Origin: Piedraia hortae CBS 480.64
Taxonomy: Eukaryota
DNA: 64,000 nucleotides
Assembly: GCA_010093745.1 (NCBI GenBank)
Contig: MU005962.1
Span: forward strand, 124,001 to 188,000
Direction: 5' to 3'
Each line of letters starts with the position of its first letter. Within the stretch, counting starts at the first letter, position 1. Shown here piece after piece: positions 21,274 to 31,349 of the stretch. Made by a program: the position numbers and the translations under genes. The notes below the pieces were generated by a model that did no database searches, was not told where the DNA came from, and was given only the letters and a program-made list of their open reading frames with translations.

Positions 21274-21914
21274 CCAATACCCCAAAGCTAAGCAAGGACC
21301 CGTAATGGTCTGGGCAATGATTGTCAAAACGATCGAGGAAAGCGACCTCGTCGTCATGGAGCGTGACCTCACCTCGCCTAGCCAAGGCTACACCTCTCGA
21401 TCTTACGTCGCAGCCCTGCAGGCGGGGCTGCTGCCATATTACAATGGGCAGGCATTCCAGCAGGACAACGCTCAAATCCACACCTCTCGTCAGGCAATAG
21501 CCTTCCTTCGGGATCAGGGGGTCGGGGTGATTGACGACTGGCCGCCGTACAGCCCAGACCCGAACACTATTGAGCAAATTTGGTGCATTTGAAGCGGAAG
21601 GTCTACGAGATCAAACCGGAGATTGACTGCATAACGAATAAAGCACAGCAAGTGGCCATGCTTGAAGAAGCTCTGCCAATCGCCTGGAAGCAGATTCGTA
21701 GTGAAATCTTAGAAAACCTGGTCGACAGCATGAAAGAGCGCATGGAGGCCGTGATCGCGGCTGACGGCTGGTACACTCGCTTTTAGTTCACGATTGATCA
21801 TTCATTCGTTTTGTTGGGCCCTTTTCAATAGTATTCCTAAGTTTCGGGCCTTCACGATGTTGATGGCTAAAGTAGTGTTGCTTCAAACTTGACTGCATCT
21901 GAGCTGAATCGGAA

Positions 21915-23532
21915 GGGTGTTGATCTTTGGAAATGTTGGAGAACCTAGAAAAGGTCTACGGCGCAGAGCATCAAAAAAAAAAAAAAAAAAAAAAAAAACT
22001 CTGCGCATAGTTCGCTTGAGAGGTTTGCTCTATGATAAACGGGGTGACTTCGCAGTTGCCGTGCCTATGTATGAGCGAGCACATGATGGCTTAATTAGAG
22101 TCCTAGGGCAAGACCCGTTATCTGGTTTATGTCGCTCGAGGGAGTCTTGGGGGAGCTCGCAGAAAGGAAGGTGCGATTTCATTGGCAGAGGCCAAGCTGA
22201 GCCAAGCGCCCCAAGGATTGAGCAAAGTAAAGAATGAATGGTATCCACCAGCACGATATGCCGCATACCATCTGGGTGTACTTTACGATGAGCATGGCGA
22301 GCTTGACATAGCACAAACAATGTACATTGAACGTCACCATATCTTTAACGACGTTTTCCTGCATTAGGAGCTGCCCAACTTGACTAGGGCCCATCGTTAC
22401 ATGCTATACACTCGAGCAGAGCTGTTGCGAGTGCAAGAATGGTAAGTTAAAGGGGACGAACTGATAGTGTGAGTACACTAAGATGTGAATAATTATATAG
22501 TTATATGTGCTGCATACGTGAGGGGACGTTGTTCATGGTCATCACGTGACACATCCTTCAACTGAGTATGAAGAGCATTTCAAATGGCGAGAGCAAGAAC
22601 TTGGATCTTATCATCCATGCGCCCACTACTTGCACAACGAGATCGGGATAATTCTCGAGTTGCAAGGCTTCACTATGGAAGCGAAGACCATATATGATTG
22701 AATAAGCGAAGCTTTCAAGTATTCATTCGGAGAACGGCATTGTCTAACACTGGGCGCGTGATGCGAAGCTCCGCTAATTCTTGGCGGGCCCTTGGTCACC
22801 CGGATACCGCGAGATCTAAATTCCAAATGGTACTAGAAACATTTGAAACGTCGCCAGATGCAAGTCATTTGCTAACTCTAGAAGCTGCCGACAATATGGG
22901 CCTTAAAACACTTTGCGATGAGGGTAAGTTGGAAGAAGCAGCTGTCATGCACGAGAGAGCACTGCAAGGGCTCTCTGCCTCGCTGAGCACGCATCACTTG
23001 TCAACGCTGAGGGCAGAGAATAACCTTGCTGTTATCTATTGCAAAAAAAGGTCTTTATGCGCAAGCAGAAGATGCTCATTTCCGCGTGATTGTAGTGCTT
23101 GAGAAACAACTGGGCGAAGAGCATTTGCTGATTATAGAGGTATTCGATGACCTCGGTCTCTTATACAATATGCAAGGTAGACGACTTGAGGCAGAGGAAA
23201 CGTGCGCGCGCTCGTTGAATGCATTTGAGCAATGGCTTGGGCCGACGAGCTATTTTACAACCACAATGGTCCTTCGCATGGCAGTTGTGTTGAAGCTTCA
23301 AGGAATATTGGTGAACGCGCAAACGCTATACTCCAGAGCCTTGCACAACTATCAGGCCCTTTTTGGGTCCGATGACAGTAAAACGCTCGATCTCGAAGCT
23401 AACTTTAAGGCTGTTGAGAAGGCGATATTCGGCAGAGTGTGCGTGGCTTCCTCCAGCCACTGTGCTTCTGGAGACGAGGTTTCAGCAACTTCACTAGACG
23501 TCGTCGACACAAAAACTCAACACGGCCGATGA
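21915..23532 (+). pseudogene. Decayed kinesin-light-chain-type TPR repeat gene (C-terminal sensor region typical of fungal NLRs)
   Basis: Repeated units in shifting frames: LEKVYGAEH, GLLYDKRGDFAVAVPMYERA, LGVLYDEHGELDIAQTMY, LGHPDT, HLSTLRAENNLAVIY, LGEEHLLIIEVFDDLGLLYNMQGR. A 26-nt poly-A run sits at 21973-21998. No NACHT/NB-ARC motifs are visible. Confidence 0.85.
22396..22551. mobile_element. Probable short solo LTR (~156 bp) in the TPR pseudogene
   Basis: (T)GTTAC...GTGACA ends flanked by CATC/CATC; it interrupts an LG..HPST TPR motif. Confidence 0.55.
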
Positions 23533-23994
23533 GCGCAAGACGATACCAAGAAAGAAGGATAAGTAAGTAGATAGCTAGTACTTGGTGGTAATATCCGTCT
23601 AGGGTCCCTAGACGGCGACAGTCAATGACAATCAACAGATCATTCACTTTGTGTGCAGTTGCTGCACGTGGTCAATGTGGTCCATGGCCATGAATGCGGG
23701 GTGGCTTGTGCGGGTCCGTTGGGCTTCTTTCTATAGAAATAATCAGCAATGGAACAAGTCACTGGCAAATTGCGAGTGACGAATTTCTGGACCAAAGTGA
23801 ACAATGGAATAAAATGCCCTGCCAAGAAATCAGCCTCATTTCAACGCGTCATTCGCACCGTATCACGACCAAGCCTGCTGACCATGACATCATATCCAAT
23901 GAGGCTATGTTCCCCGCTATAACCAGCTGACAGTTCCTCCTCTTTTATTCATCTTCCTCATTTCGTCTCTTCTACATATCTCCTCTTTCAAAAC

Positions 23995-24644
23995 ATGTCG
24001 GGATACAACAATTACGGGCAGAACCAGGGCTACGGCTATGGACAGCCGGGTTACGGAGGCCAGCAAGGATATGGACCCCCTCAGGGAGACTATGGTCAAC
24101 AACAATATGGTCAAGGTCAATATGGCCAACAAGGTTACGGTCAACCTCAAGGCCAATATCCTCCGCAACAAGGTTATGGTGCACCTCCAGCTCCATCGTA
24201 CGGGTCTGGATATGAACAGCAACCTGCCCACGGAAGCCACCATCAAGGCGGTCACCAACAGGGACAGTCCTATAACCAATAGTAAGTGACTGGTTTGCCA
24301 GTTATAGCCAGACTAACAATTCCAGCGGCCAACAAGGATATGGGCAGCAAGGCTATCAGCAGGGTGGTTCACACTCAGGACAGCAAAACTCTGCCTATGG
24401 CCAGCATCCCGGTGCGGGTAACCCACAGGAAGGCGATCGGGGCGTCATGGGCGCCATTGCAGGTGGAATTGGCGGCCACATGATGGGCAACAAAATGGGA
24501 CATGGTATCCTCGGAACTCTCGCTGGTGCTTTTCTGGGAAGCAAGGCCGAGGATCAGATGAAGCACAGCCACCAGAACCATGGATCGGGCCACGGAAGTC
24601 ATGGCCACAACGGTTACGGCCAAGGTGGTTATGGCAAGTATTAG
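23995..24644 (+). CDS. Prion-like Q/G/Y-rich protein with glycine zipper (paralog 3); exons 23995..24281 and 24326..24644, 201 aa
   Basis: Starts [26 protein letters not shown], with a 44-nt intron. Carries [42 protein letters not shown] and a His/Gly-rich tail. Confidence 0.88.
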
Positions 24645-24730
24645 ATGCTGTGTCCATTGTTCCGATATCCTTATGGTTGGAGGATGACGCTATGAATATT
24701 GTTTTAGACTAGGATGAATTTTCGATGAAT

Positions 24731-26189
24731 CTAACCTACGAGTGTGTTCCTCCTTGTAAAACTACCTTCTCGTGTTGAAACGCCCATGATGACCTCCAAA
24801 GTTTGGGTCAACGCCTTGACATCGTATCCCATACCCCCTTTATCGTTCTTTCGTCCATACAGTCTCATGGCCTCGATCCCCAGCCCATTCAATGCCTCCC
24901 GGTCAACTTTGGGTGAATACTTTGTATCCAAATATACAACATGAGTGACATAAGTCGCAAACTCTTCGGGTCTTGGCCTCTCCCTCCCTCTCGACTCTGC
25001 GCAAGCATTGGCGATGGCTTGTACAAAGTCCTTCGCGGAAAATGGACAAGTCGACGGCCCCGTCTCACGATCGACAGACGCATTGAGGATCAAAACCTTT
25101 GTCTTTACAGCCGGAGAAGCAATCGCATCCCCCACGCCTTTAAGGATCAGCGAAGGCACAATGGACGTGAACAGCGATCCGATGCTGTAAACAACACACG
25201 ACGAAGCGGCAATCGCGTCCAGCACGCGCGGGTTACCGGGTACTATGATCTTCTGTCCATATGGGTTTATATACCAAACCCGCTCAATCCGAGCGGGAAG
25301 GTCCTCCTCAGTACCCTTGGACACCGCCAGCGCGGGTTTACGCAGCGTCGCGAGCGTTCCAGGGCCGTTTGCATCTTCTGCTTTATCATCTTCGTTATCT
25401 TCGTTGAGGGTATTGAGCCCAGCGCCCGGCACGGCAGCTGTAGGCTCACTGGGATGAGAAATGTTATTCTGCCCTGTGATTGTACTCCCGTCTGCCAGTC
25501 CCGCAGCGATATGTAGCGCAAAATTCGTGTTCACACCCGGCAACACCGCCGTCGTGCTTGGGAGAGCACAGATGCTGGAGAGCAGATAAATCCCCGCCTC
25601 GAAACTCCCCGTAAACAGCCTCGCACCCGTAAGGAACAAGTTCCCGATACTTGCCCCTGAGAAGTCGAAACGACTATTCGGCCTGATGCGCTTCAACATC
25701 TCCCCGTTCACAGCCGTGAGGAAGCTGCGGATCAGCTCCTTCTTCGGCGAAGACACCCCATCCCAGAGCTTGTGCGTCGATTCCAGTATATCCTGCCATT
25801 CATCCTTTGCGGATATATACTCTCGAGGAAGACGGTAATTGAAAAACCGCTTCAGCGCGACTTCTTCTTCGGTATCCTCCGGGATCAGCCGCACGAGTCG
25901 TGAGCGTATATCCCCGATTCCTGACCCACGTCAGCGGTCTCACCCTCCTCGCTTTGCTCGGTCAGGGCTTACCGGGCCCGCCGAAAACCCGAATCAACTC
26001 GCTGGTTGATCCGCCGTTATCAGATACGGGGATGACGTAGCTGAGGGTGCATCGCTTCGCCGCACGCACAGATTTGAATACATCGACAAGATTGTTTGCT
26101 GCGCTGCCGCCGGAGAAGACCACAATGTTTTTTACCACTGCTACTATTTCTGGGGTCGGCTGCGTCCATTGGGTTGTTTGAGGCGCCAT
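24731..26189 (-). CDS. UPF0052 / CofD-YvcK-related protein (YNL011C-like); exons 26189..25973 and 25920..24731
   Basis: IVVFSGGSAAN, PVSDNGGSTSELIRVFGGPG joined to IGDIRSRL across a 52-nt intron, ASIGNLFLTG, GQNNISHP and YSIGSLFTSIVP. Confidence 0.9.
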
Positions 26190-27090
26190 TGTGAGATGGT
26201 GGTGCTGGCCTGAGTCGTGGTTGGTGGGTTTTCCCGTAGTTGGGGGCTTGGCACACAAGAAAACTTAACGGCGGAATTGAATTTTAACCTTTCTTCCACC
26301 TTCCACTTTGTCGAGAACTTCGACGGCTGTCCACTCTACGTCAGCCTGAAGCTTCCTATACACTATACCGTATACAAATACATGTCGACAGTAGCGAGGC
26401 GTATTCGCTGGGTGGGGCAAGCTCTTAGCCGTCGCCCAGTGCGGGATGGCGGTTCTGTTGAAGTCGTCCTAGACATCTCGGGTTAATACCAGCACAACCG
26501 AGCGCCAAGTCTCTCAATCAAGCTGTTGACAATAATAGACGACGCAGTCAACTGTCTGGCAAATCGGTACTCCTGCACTGCACATACTTCAAAGGTTATG
26601 GAGTACGCAGCGCGATCGAAGAACATCATAGATATGATGACCACAAGATTTGAGGTTCCATCGAAATGCATTTTCATACCTATACAGACAGAGGTGTGGT
26701 TGATGGATCCGTCTTCTGCTGCAAGAATGTTTGCTGCGAGGTTAGGGAGGTGTTTGCGACTATTGGCCTGTACTGGCTCGATTCACTCGATCTATCGCTT
26801 GACAATCTTTAACAACCCCCCCCTTTCTGTAGGCCCACCCATAAAGGAACGGGATCCCTGCTTTGGCACTGTATATGTACCTCCCCTACAGATATGCTCC
26901 TTCCAATTCTATAAGGAGTCTACTGGGACCCTCAGTTAAAGTAATCAATGACCAACGGCCGACGAGGGCGTAAAAATCGTCGTTCAAAGAAAATAGGAAA
27001 ACTTTTGGGCATACCAGACCCAGAAAGCCAAAACAAGGCCCATAGGCCACAGCTGCGATGTGCCGCTCACTATCATTCTCAAAATAGTAG

Positions 27091-28450
27091 ATGATCTGCA
27101 CGATAAAATGCTCGTTGACGGCCTTGGTCAGCTTTTTTGTCGCCCATTTTCTGCTATGGGTCGCCATTTCCATCTCTCCTATGGTCAGTCAACTGGAGGC
27201 CACCGATCCGACTCATTACTGGGACAACTTCTGCTACAACCTATTTACGAATCTTGTAGGCGGAGGTGTCATTGGAGTCGTGGTGATGTATTCTGTCATC
27301 CATTATGCAGGTCAGCGAGGCTTGAGCAGAGTCGTCCAGAAGGTTGTCTACTGTGTGCACAACAATGATCTGGACAACGTGGCAAATGTACGCACCCTTG
27401 TATCAGACACAGCGCACGCAGGGAAGATCTTTCACCACCTGGAGGCCGAACCCTTTGATGAAGGAAGGGATACGGCAGCATGGTGCGCCCAAAGGGCAGT
27501 CAGATATCTCCTACCCATACCAACCTTGTCGAAATATGGACAAACGACATCCTAGCCGATGGGACAATACAAATTGCTCTTCAAACTCGCTCCTGCTGGA
27601 GCTTGAAACCAGGACAAATTCCGCTTCGACCAAAAGTTAACATAATACTTTCAAGACCCAGTCCTAAGACAGAGTGCTGAACGAGAATTAAGCACAATGG
27701 AACAGGGCGAGGAGACGTCCTTTGCAGGATACTCCTTCACCTAAAACGTCGTAGGCATGTCTCAATGGACCGTGAACAAGCCTTTATAGAATCGGTATCG
27801 ACACAACCACCACTGCTGCCGAATGGTATGTAGGTTGGATGGAACCAGAGACGTTCGACCATGGCGAAATCTGGACAAACGATGTCATGGCAGGTGAGAC
27901 AAAATTGTACGATGTGGCCTGATGCATCCACCCTATCTTTAATTCGATGCCGCTGGAACTGGGCACCAGAGCAAATCCTATTTCGGGGATCCAGAAGCTT
28001 CTTATCTTCTTGTACATCGCGGGACGTTTGGCATGGTGATATCTTAAGCCTCAGGTCCGCAGTGCAGCGAATTTTGCCTTTAAACGTTGTCGTGAATAGC
28101 AAACTTTGGCTCAAGGATGATCTTACTGCCGCCGGGGTACAATACATGATGAAAGCCATCGACATGGCGCAAAGAGCCCACCAGAACCTCGAAGGCTTTG
28201 TGGACACACGGCTAGCGGTCCTGATATCCATGCCCTATTCCTGATGATAAGGCATGCCACCACCAATGAGTCGACATCAATTTTCCCTATGGCAACGACG
28301 ATCATCCTAGCGGAAATTGGGACGGCACCGTGGGCGATTATCGGACAAGAACGCAAGACCGCGCAGCAGGCATGGTTCATTGCGCTGCTAGGCGCATTAT
28401 GCCTTGCAGGCGGCCTGGCTGTTCAAGCGGGTGATGGTCAAGTCTCAGAA
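27091..28450 (+). pseudogene. Probable decayed membrane-protein gene of unknown family
   Basis: A chain of same-strand ORF pieces (27091..27555, 27861..28244, 28244..) with several hydrophobic helices separated by stops and frameshifts; no motif recognised. Confidence 0.35.
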
Positions 28451-28664
28451 TGCCGAGCCAACCATGGTCATGTTGCACCTCATGCTGTCGGGGAACTTCA
28501 TGGGCACCGCGCACCATCTAACGACCTGAAACTTCCGCGAAGATCGACATCTGTCCCAAGATCATTCGAACCCCTCCAAGTGGGCTTCGATCGCAATCCA
28601 TTTCCTCGCCATGGCCATGCGACAACCCTGTAGAACTATATCCTGTGTTTTGAATTCGGAGTGC

Positions 28665-28865
28665 AAACCATTCGCAACAATACAGGGTGAGACAATCAAG
28701 TCAAGAGAAGGCAAGAAGAGTGGTCCACCAAGATGTCTATGTGGCATACAGCACTACTGGAATGAATGTGAATACTTCAAGGAGCAAAATCCAGCCGACT
28801 GGCACTGCAAAACTGGATACGCTCATTGCCAATCAAGTCAAGAGGAATTTCGAAGACATGCCCGC
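28665..28865 (+). mobile_element. Copia-type gag zinc-knuckle relic
   Basis: FATIQG..PRCLCGIQHYWNECEYFKEQNPADW has the CxCGxxHxWxxCxY pattern I associate with fungal copia Gag. Confidence 0.6.
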
Positions 28866-29329
28866 CCATTTGAGAAGGAAATGTACACGTAGTGTGGCAA
28901 GTCCAACTCAGCGGGTAACTCAAAGAGCTCTGAGCCACGGATGTTTGCAAGCCTGGAAGGGGCCCTGTACGTGCCAGACGTGAGGGCGAATCTCACATCA
29001 CGCCACCTACGTTCTGACATGATCAAATTGAGGCTGTGGGATTGGGAAAATTGATAGTTGCTTCTACAGTGTAAAAGTCAGTCAATCCATCTGATAACCC
29101 TTTCATATTTCTCGACCATGAAAGAAAAACAGCTATTTCCCAGAAGGCGCTGACTACCTCCCGGAAAAGACATAGTTAACTAGCTGAGATTCCATCTCTG
29201 TCTCAGAATGAACAGCAGACCCGGATATAAACACGTGAGAGGAGTCTAAACACATCCGCTCGAGCACACTCCCTCCACCGTCCCCACAACCTTCATCATC
29301 ATCGTACACCCCCAAATAAAATGCCACTC

Positions 29330-29647
29330 TCACTGCGCAGCCCCAATTCCCATCTCAGCCCCCTCCCTCTCCAACCTTCTCAGTCGTTTCTGCATCAACC
29401 TCTCTCTCGCTTCTTCAAGGAATCTCTTCTGCTTCTCATCAACTCCTTGGAGGTAATACCCAAACGAAGCGCCAATGGCGCAGTAGAACGGGTAGAGATA
29501 AGGCTTCGTCATGAACGGGCGCATTTCGATGCCCAGTTGCCAGAATCGGACTGCCAGACCTACACAACAACATTAGAAAGAGTGGCTTTATCGCGCAAGC
29601 GGGTATATCTCACCGAATCCGGACCAGAAGAGGATCTTGCTGACCAT
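29330..29647 (-). CDS. Complex I accessory subunit, fungal 14-kDa/NDUFC2-like; exons 29647..29614 and 29559..29330, 87 aa
   Basis: The spliced product reads MVSKILFWSGFGLAVRFWQLGIEMRPF..YPFYCAIGASFGYYLQGV; 54-nt GTGAG..TAG intron. Confidence 0.88.
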
Positions 29648-29864
29648 GTTGCTTTCGCTCCTTTGCTTCTCGCTGTTTGGTAGGGAGGTAAGCAGGTGAG
29701 GTTGTCGCGGCGGATATAATTCCGCAAGCGGGGCGCGCGGCCCGCACTCCACATTCGGCTGAACCTTCCCATCTGAGAAGGTGATTCATCGCAGCGCGGG
29801 CCGTCAAGTGTTCAACCGTCATCGTCCCTCCGCTCTATCCGAGCAATCGATCAACTCAACCAAA

Positions 29865-31349
29865 ATGTCCCTCTCACGAAAACGCCCCAAACTAATTGAC
29901 CTCCCCTTAACCCCAACCCAAAGGTCGACAATCGACGAACTAGTCCACACCTTTAAAAAAACGGGCGACTTCGATTCCCTGCGCAAGCGAATCTACCAGC
30001 ACTACAGCGAGAGCGCATCGCGGGGGATGCTAGAAACCACGCTTCGCACCTTCGCCGAGACCGAGATCGAGCGCGAGCCCGTGAAGTACCTCCGCGGGGA
30101 TAGGAATATCGGCGCGCCGTTGCTTGATGGCGCGGCTGCGCGCGCGGGGGTTTACGCTTCTGCGGAGGGGTGTGTTGATGAGGTTATCGCCGGATTGATG
30201 GCAACTGCGGAGAAGAAACTCAGGGAGTTTAGGAGGGGGAAGGTTGGGGAAGAGGTCGCGGAGATGGAGATGAAGAAGGGGGCGAAGACGGATGAGGAGT
30301 ATGCTGCTGAAGCGGAGGAGAGGAGGAGGAAGAGGGCTCAGGAGGAGGAGGCGAAAAGGAAGAAGGAGGAACAGGAGAGGAAGAAGGCTCAACTTGAGAT
30401 TTGGAGGAAGAAACATGATGAGTTGCAGTTGCAGGTGGAGAAGATGCAGCAAGAGAAATTGAGGAAGGAGAGGGAGGTGGCGAAGGCGAAGGAGGAGGAG
30501 AAGGTAAGGAGGGAGGAGGAGGAGAAGAAGAGGGCGCAAAGAGAAGCGGAGGAGAGGAGACAGAGGGAGAAGAGGTTGGAGGCTGATGCGATTGATTTGC
30601 TCATGCGCGAGGTGCAGGAGAAGACGCAAAAGCTGAGGGAAGTGCCGCAGCAGCAGACGAATAGGAGTGGGTTGGGAGGTCCTAGGAGAGGACCGGTTTT
30701 GCAGTATGATGATCCAACCAGAAGGCGTGAACCGAGGGAACTGCCCCCGCCACAGTGGACGCCTCATGAGCCGAGATATAATCCAAGGCAGAAGAGACAT
30801 GCGGAGGATGGGGAGGTGTTGGAGTCTTCGCTTCATAATGATCGCCCGCGAGATTATGGGAGACGTCGCCGTTCGCGGTCCCCTAGACGGAGGTCCCTCT
30901 CGCCGAGGCATGGGAGGGATAGGTACCATGATAGAGATAAGAATGGGGGGAGAAACACGGGGAGAGATAGGGAGAGGGAGAGGGACAGAGACCGGGACAG
31001 GGACAGGGACAGGGATGTAGACAGAGACAGAGACAGAGACAGAGACAGAGACAGAGACAGAGACAGAGACAGAGACAGAGACAGAGACAGAGACAGAGAC
31101 AGAGACAGAGACANNNNNNNNNNAGACAGAGACAGAGACAGAGACAGAGACAGAGACAGAGACAGAGACAGAGACAGAGACAGAGACAGAGACAGAGACA
31201 GAGACAGAGACAGAGACAGGGATACAAGACGGACAGGTCCACCGCTGGATCGATATGAACCTAGGGAAAGGCGGGAACGTAATAGGGAGCGGGACGGAGA
31301 CCATCATCGGGACAGAGACAGGCATAGAGACCGAGACAGGGAGAGGTGA
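29865..31349 (+). CDS. SHG1: BOD1/Shg1 (COMPASS-associated) domain protein with coiled coil and RD-dipeptide tail
   Basis: LIDLPLTPTQRSTIDELVHTFKKTGDFDSLRK, an E/K/R coiled coil, RS motifs and (RD)n. A 10-N assembly gap at 31114-31123 leaves the true length unknown. Confidence 0.78.
   Translation: MSLSRKRPKLIDLPLTPTQRSTIDELVHTFKKTGDFDSLRKRIYQHYSESASRGMLETTLRTFAETEIEREPVKYLRGDRNIGAPLLDGAAARAGVYASAEGCVDEVIAGLMATAEKKLREFRRGKVGEEVAEMEMKKGAKTDEEYAAEAEERRRKRAQEEEAKRKKEEQERKKAQLEIWRKKHDELQLQVEKMQQEKLRKEREVAKAKEEEKVRREEEEKKRAQREAEERRQREKRLEADAIDLLMREVQEKTQKLREVPQQQTNRSGLGGPRRGPVLQYDDPTRRREPRELPPPQWTPHEPRYNPRQKRHAEDGEVLESSLHNDRPRDYGRRRRSRSPRRRSLSPRHGRDRYHDRDKNGGRNTGRDRERERDRDRDRDRDRDVDRDRDRDRDRDRDRDRDRDRDRDRDRDRDRDXXXXDRDRDRDRDRDRDRDRDRDRDRDRDRDRDRDRDTRRTGPPLDRYEPRERRERNRERDGDHHRDRDRHRDRDRER
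31020..31219 (+). repeat. (GACAGA)n coding hexamer microsatellite spanning an assembly gap
   Basis: Perfect hexamer array on both sides of the N run. Confidence 0.95.

Larger units (their letters stand above)
18410..21786 (+). mobile_element. Tc1/impala-like transposase pseudogene split into three pieces (~18410..18816, 19121..19254, 21278..21786)
   Basis: HTH region, KAKKRPAL..KRLRW, WIFSDECSVE, VMVWAMI, FQQDNAQIH, WPPYSPDPNTIE (35 residues between the second D and E), and LVDSMKERMEAVIAADGWYTRF. Frameshifts near 18490, 18590 and 21583. A possible 3' TIR relic lies at ~21880-21906. Confidence 0.92.

Noticed and set aside
19255..21275. Degenerate terminal inverted repeats on the gag insert (acgagaaaacgccgagc vs acgggaatgcgctcagc)
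   Set aside because: Only 12 of 17 positions match and both lie inside gag-like coding sequence; compatible with chance.
21973..21998. Poly-A run as a retroposon tail
   Set aside because: It lies within a TPR unit (EHQ-K..TL) with TPR sequence on both sides. Similar homopolymer expansions occur at 3605, 10139, 38542 and 41379, so slippage is more likely.
13500..29100. Starship, Fanzor/TnpB or viral element explaining the accessory block
   Set aside because: I saw no DUF3435 tyrosine recombinase, RuvC-like or viral motifs, and the conserved UPF0052 gene sits inside the block.
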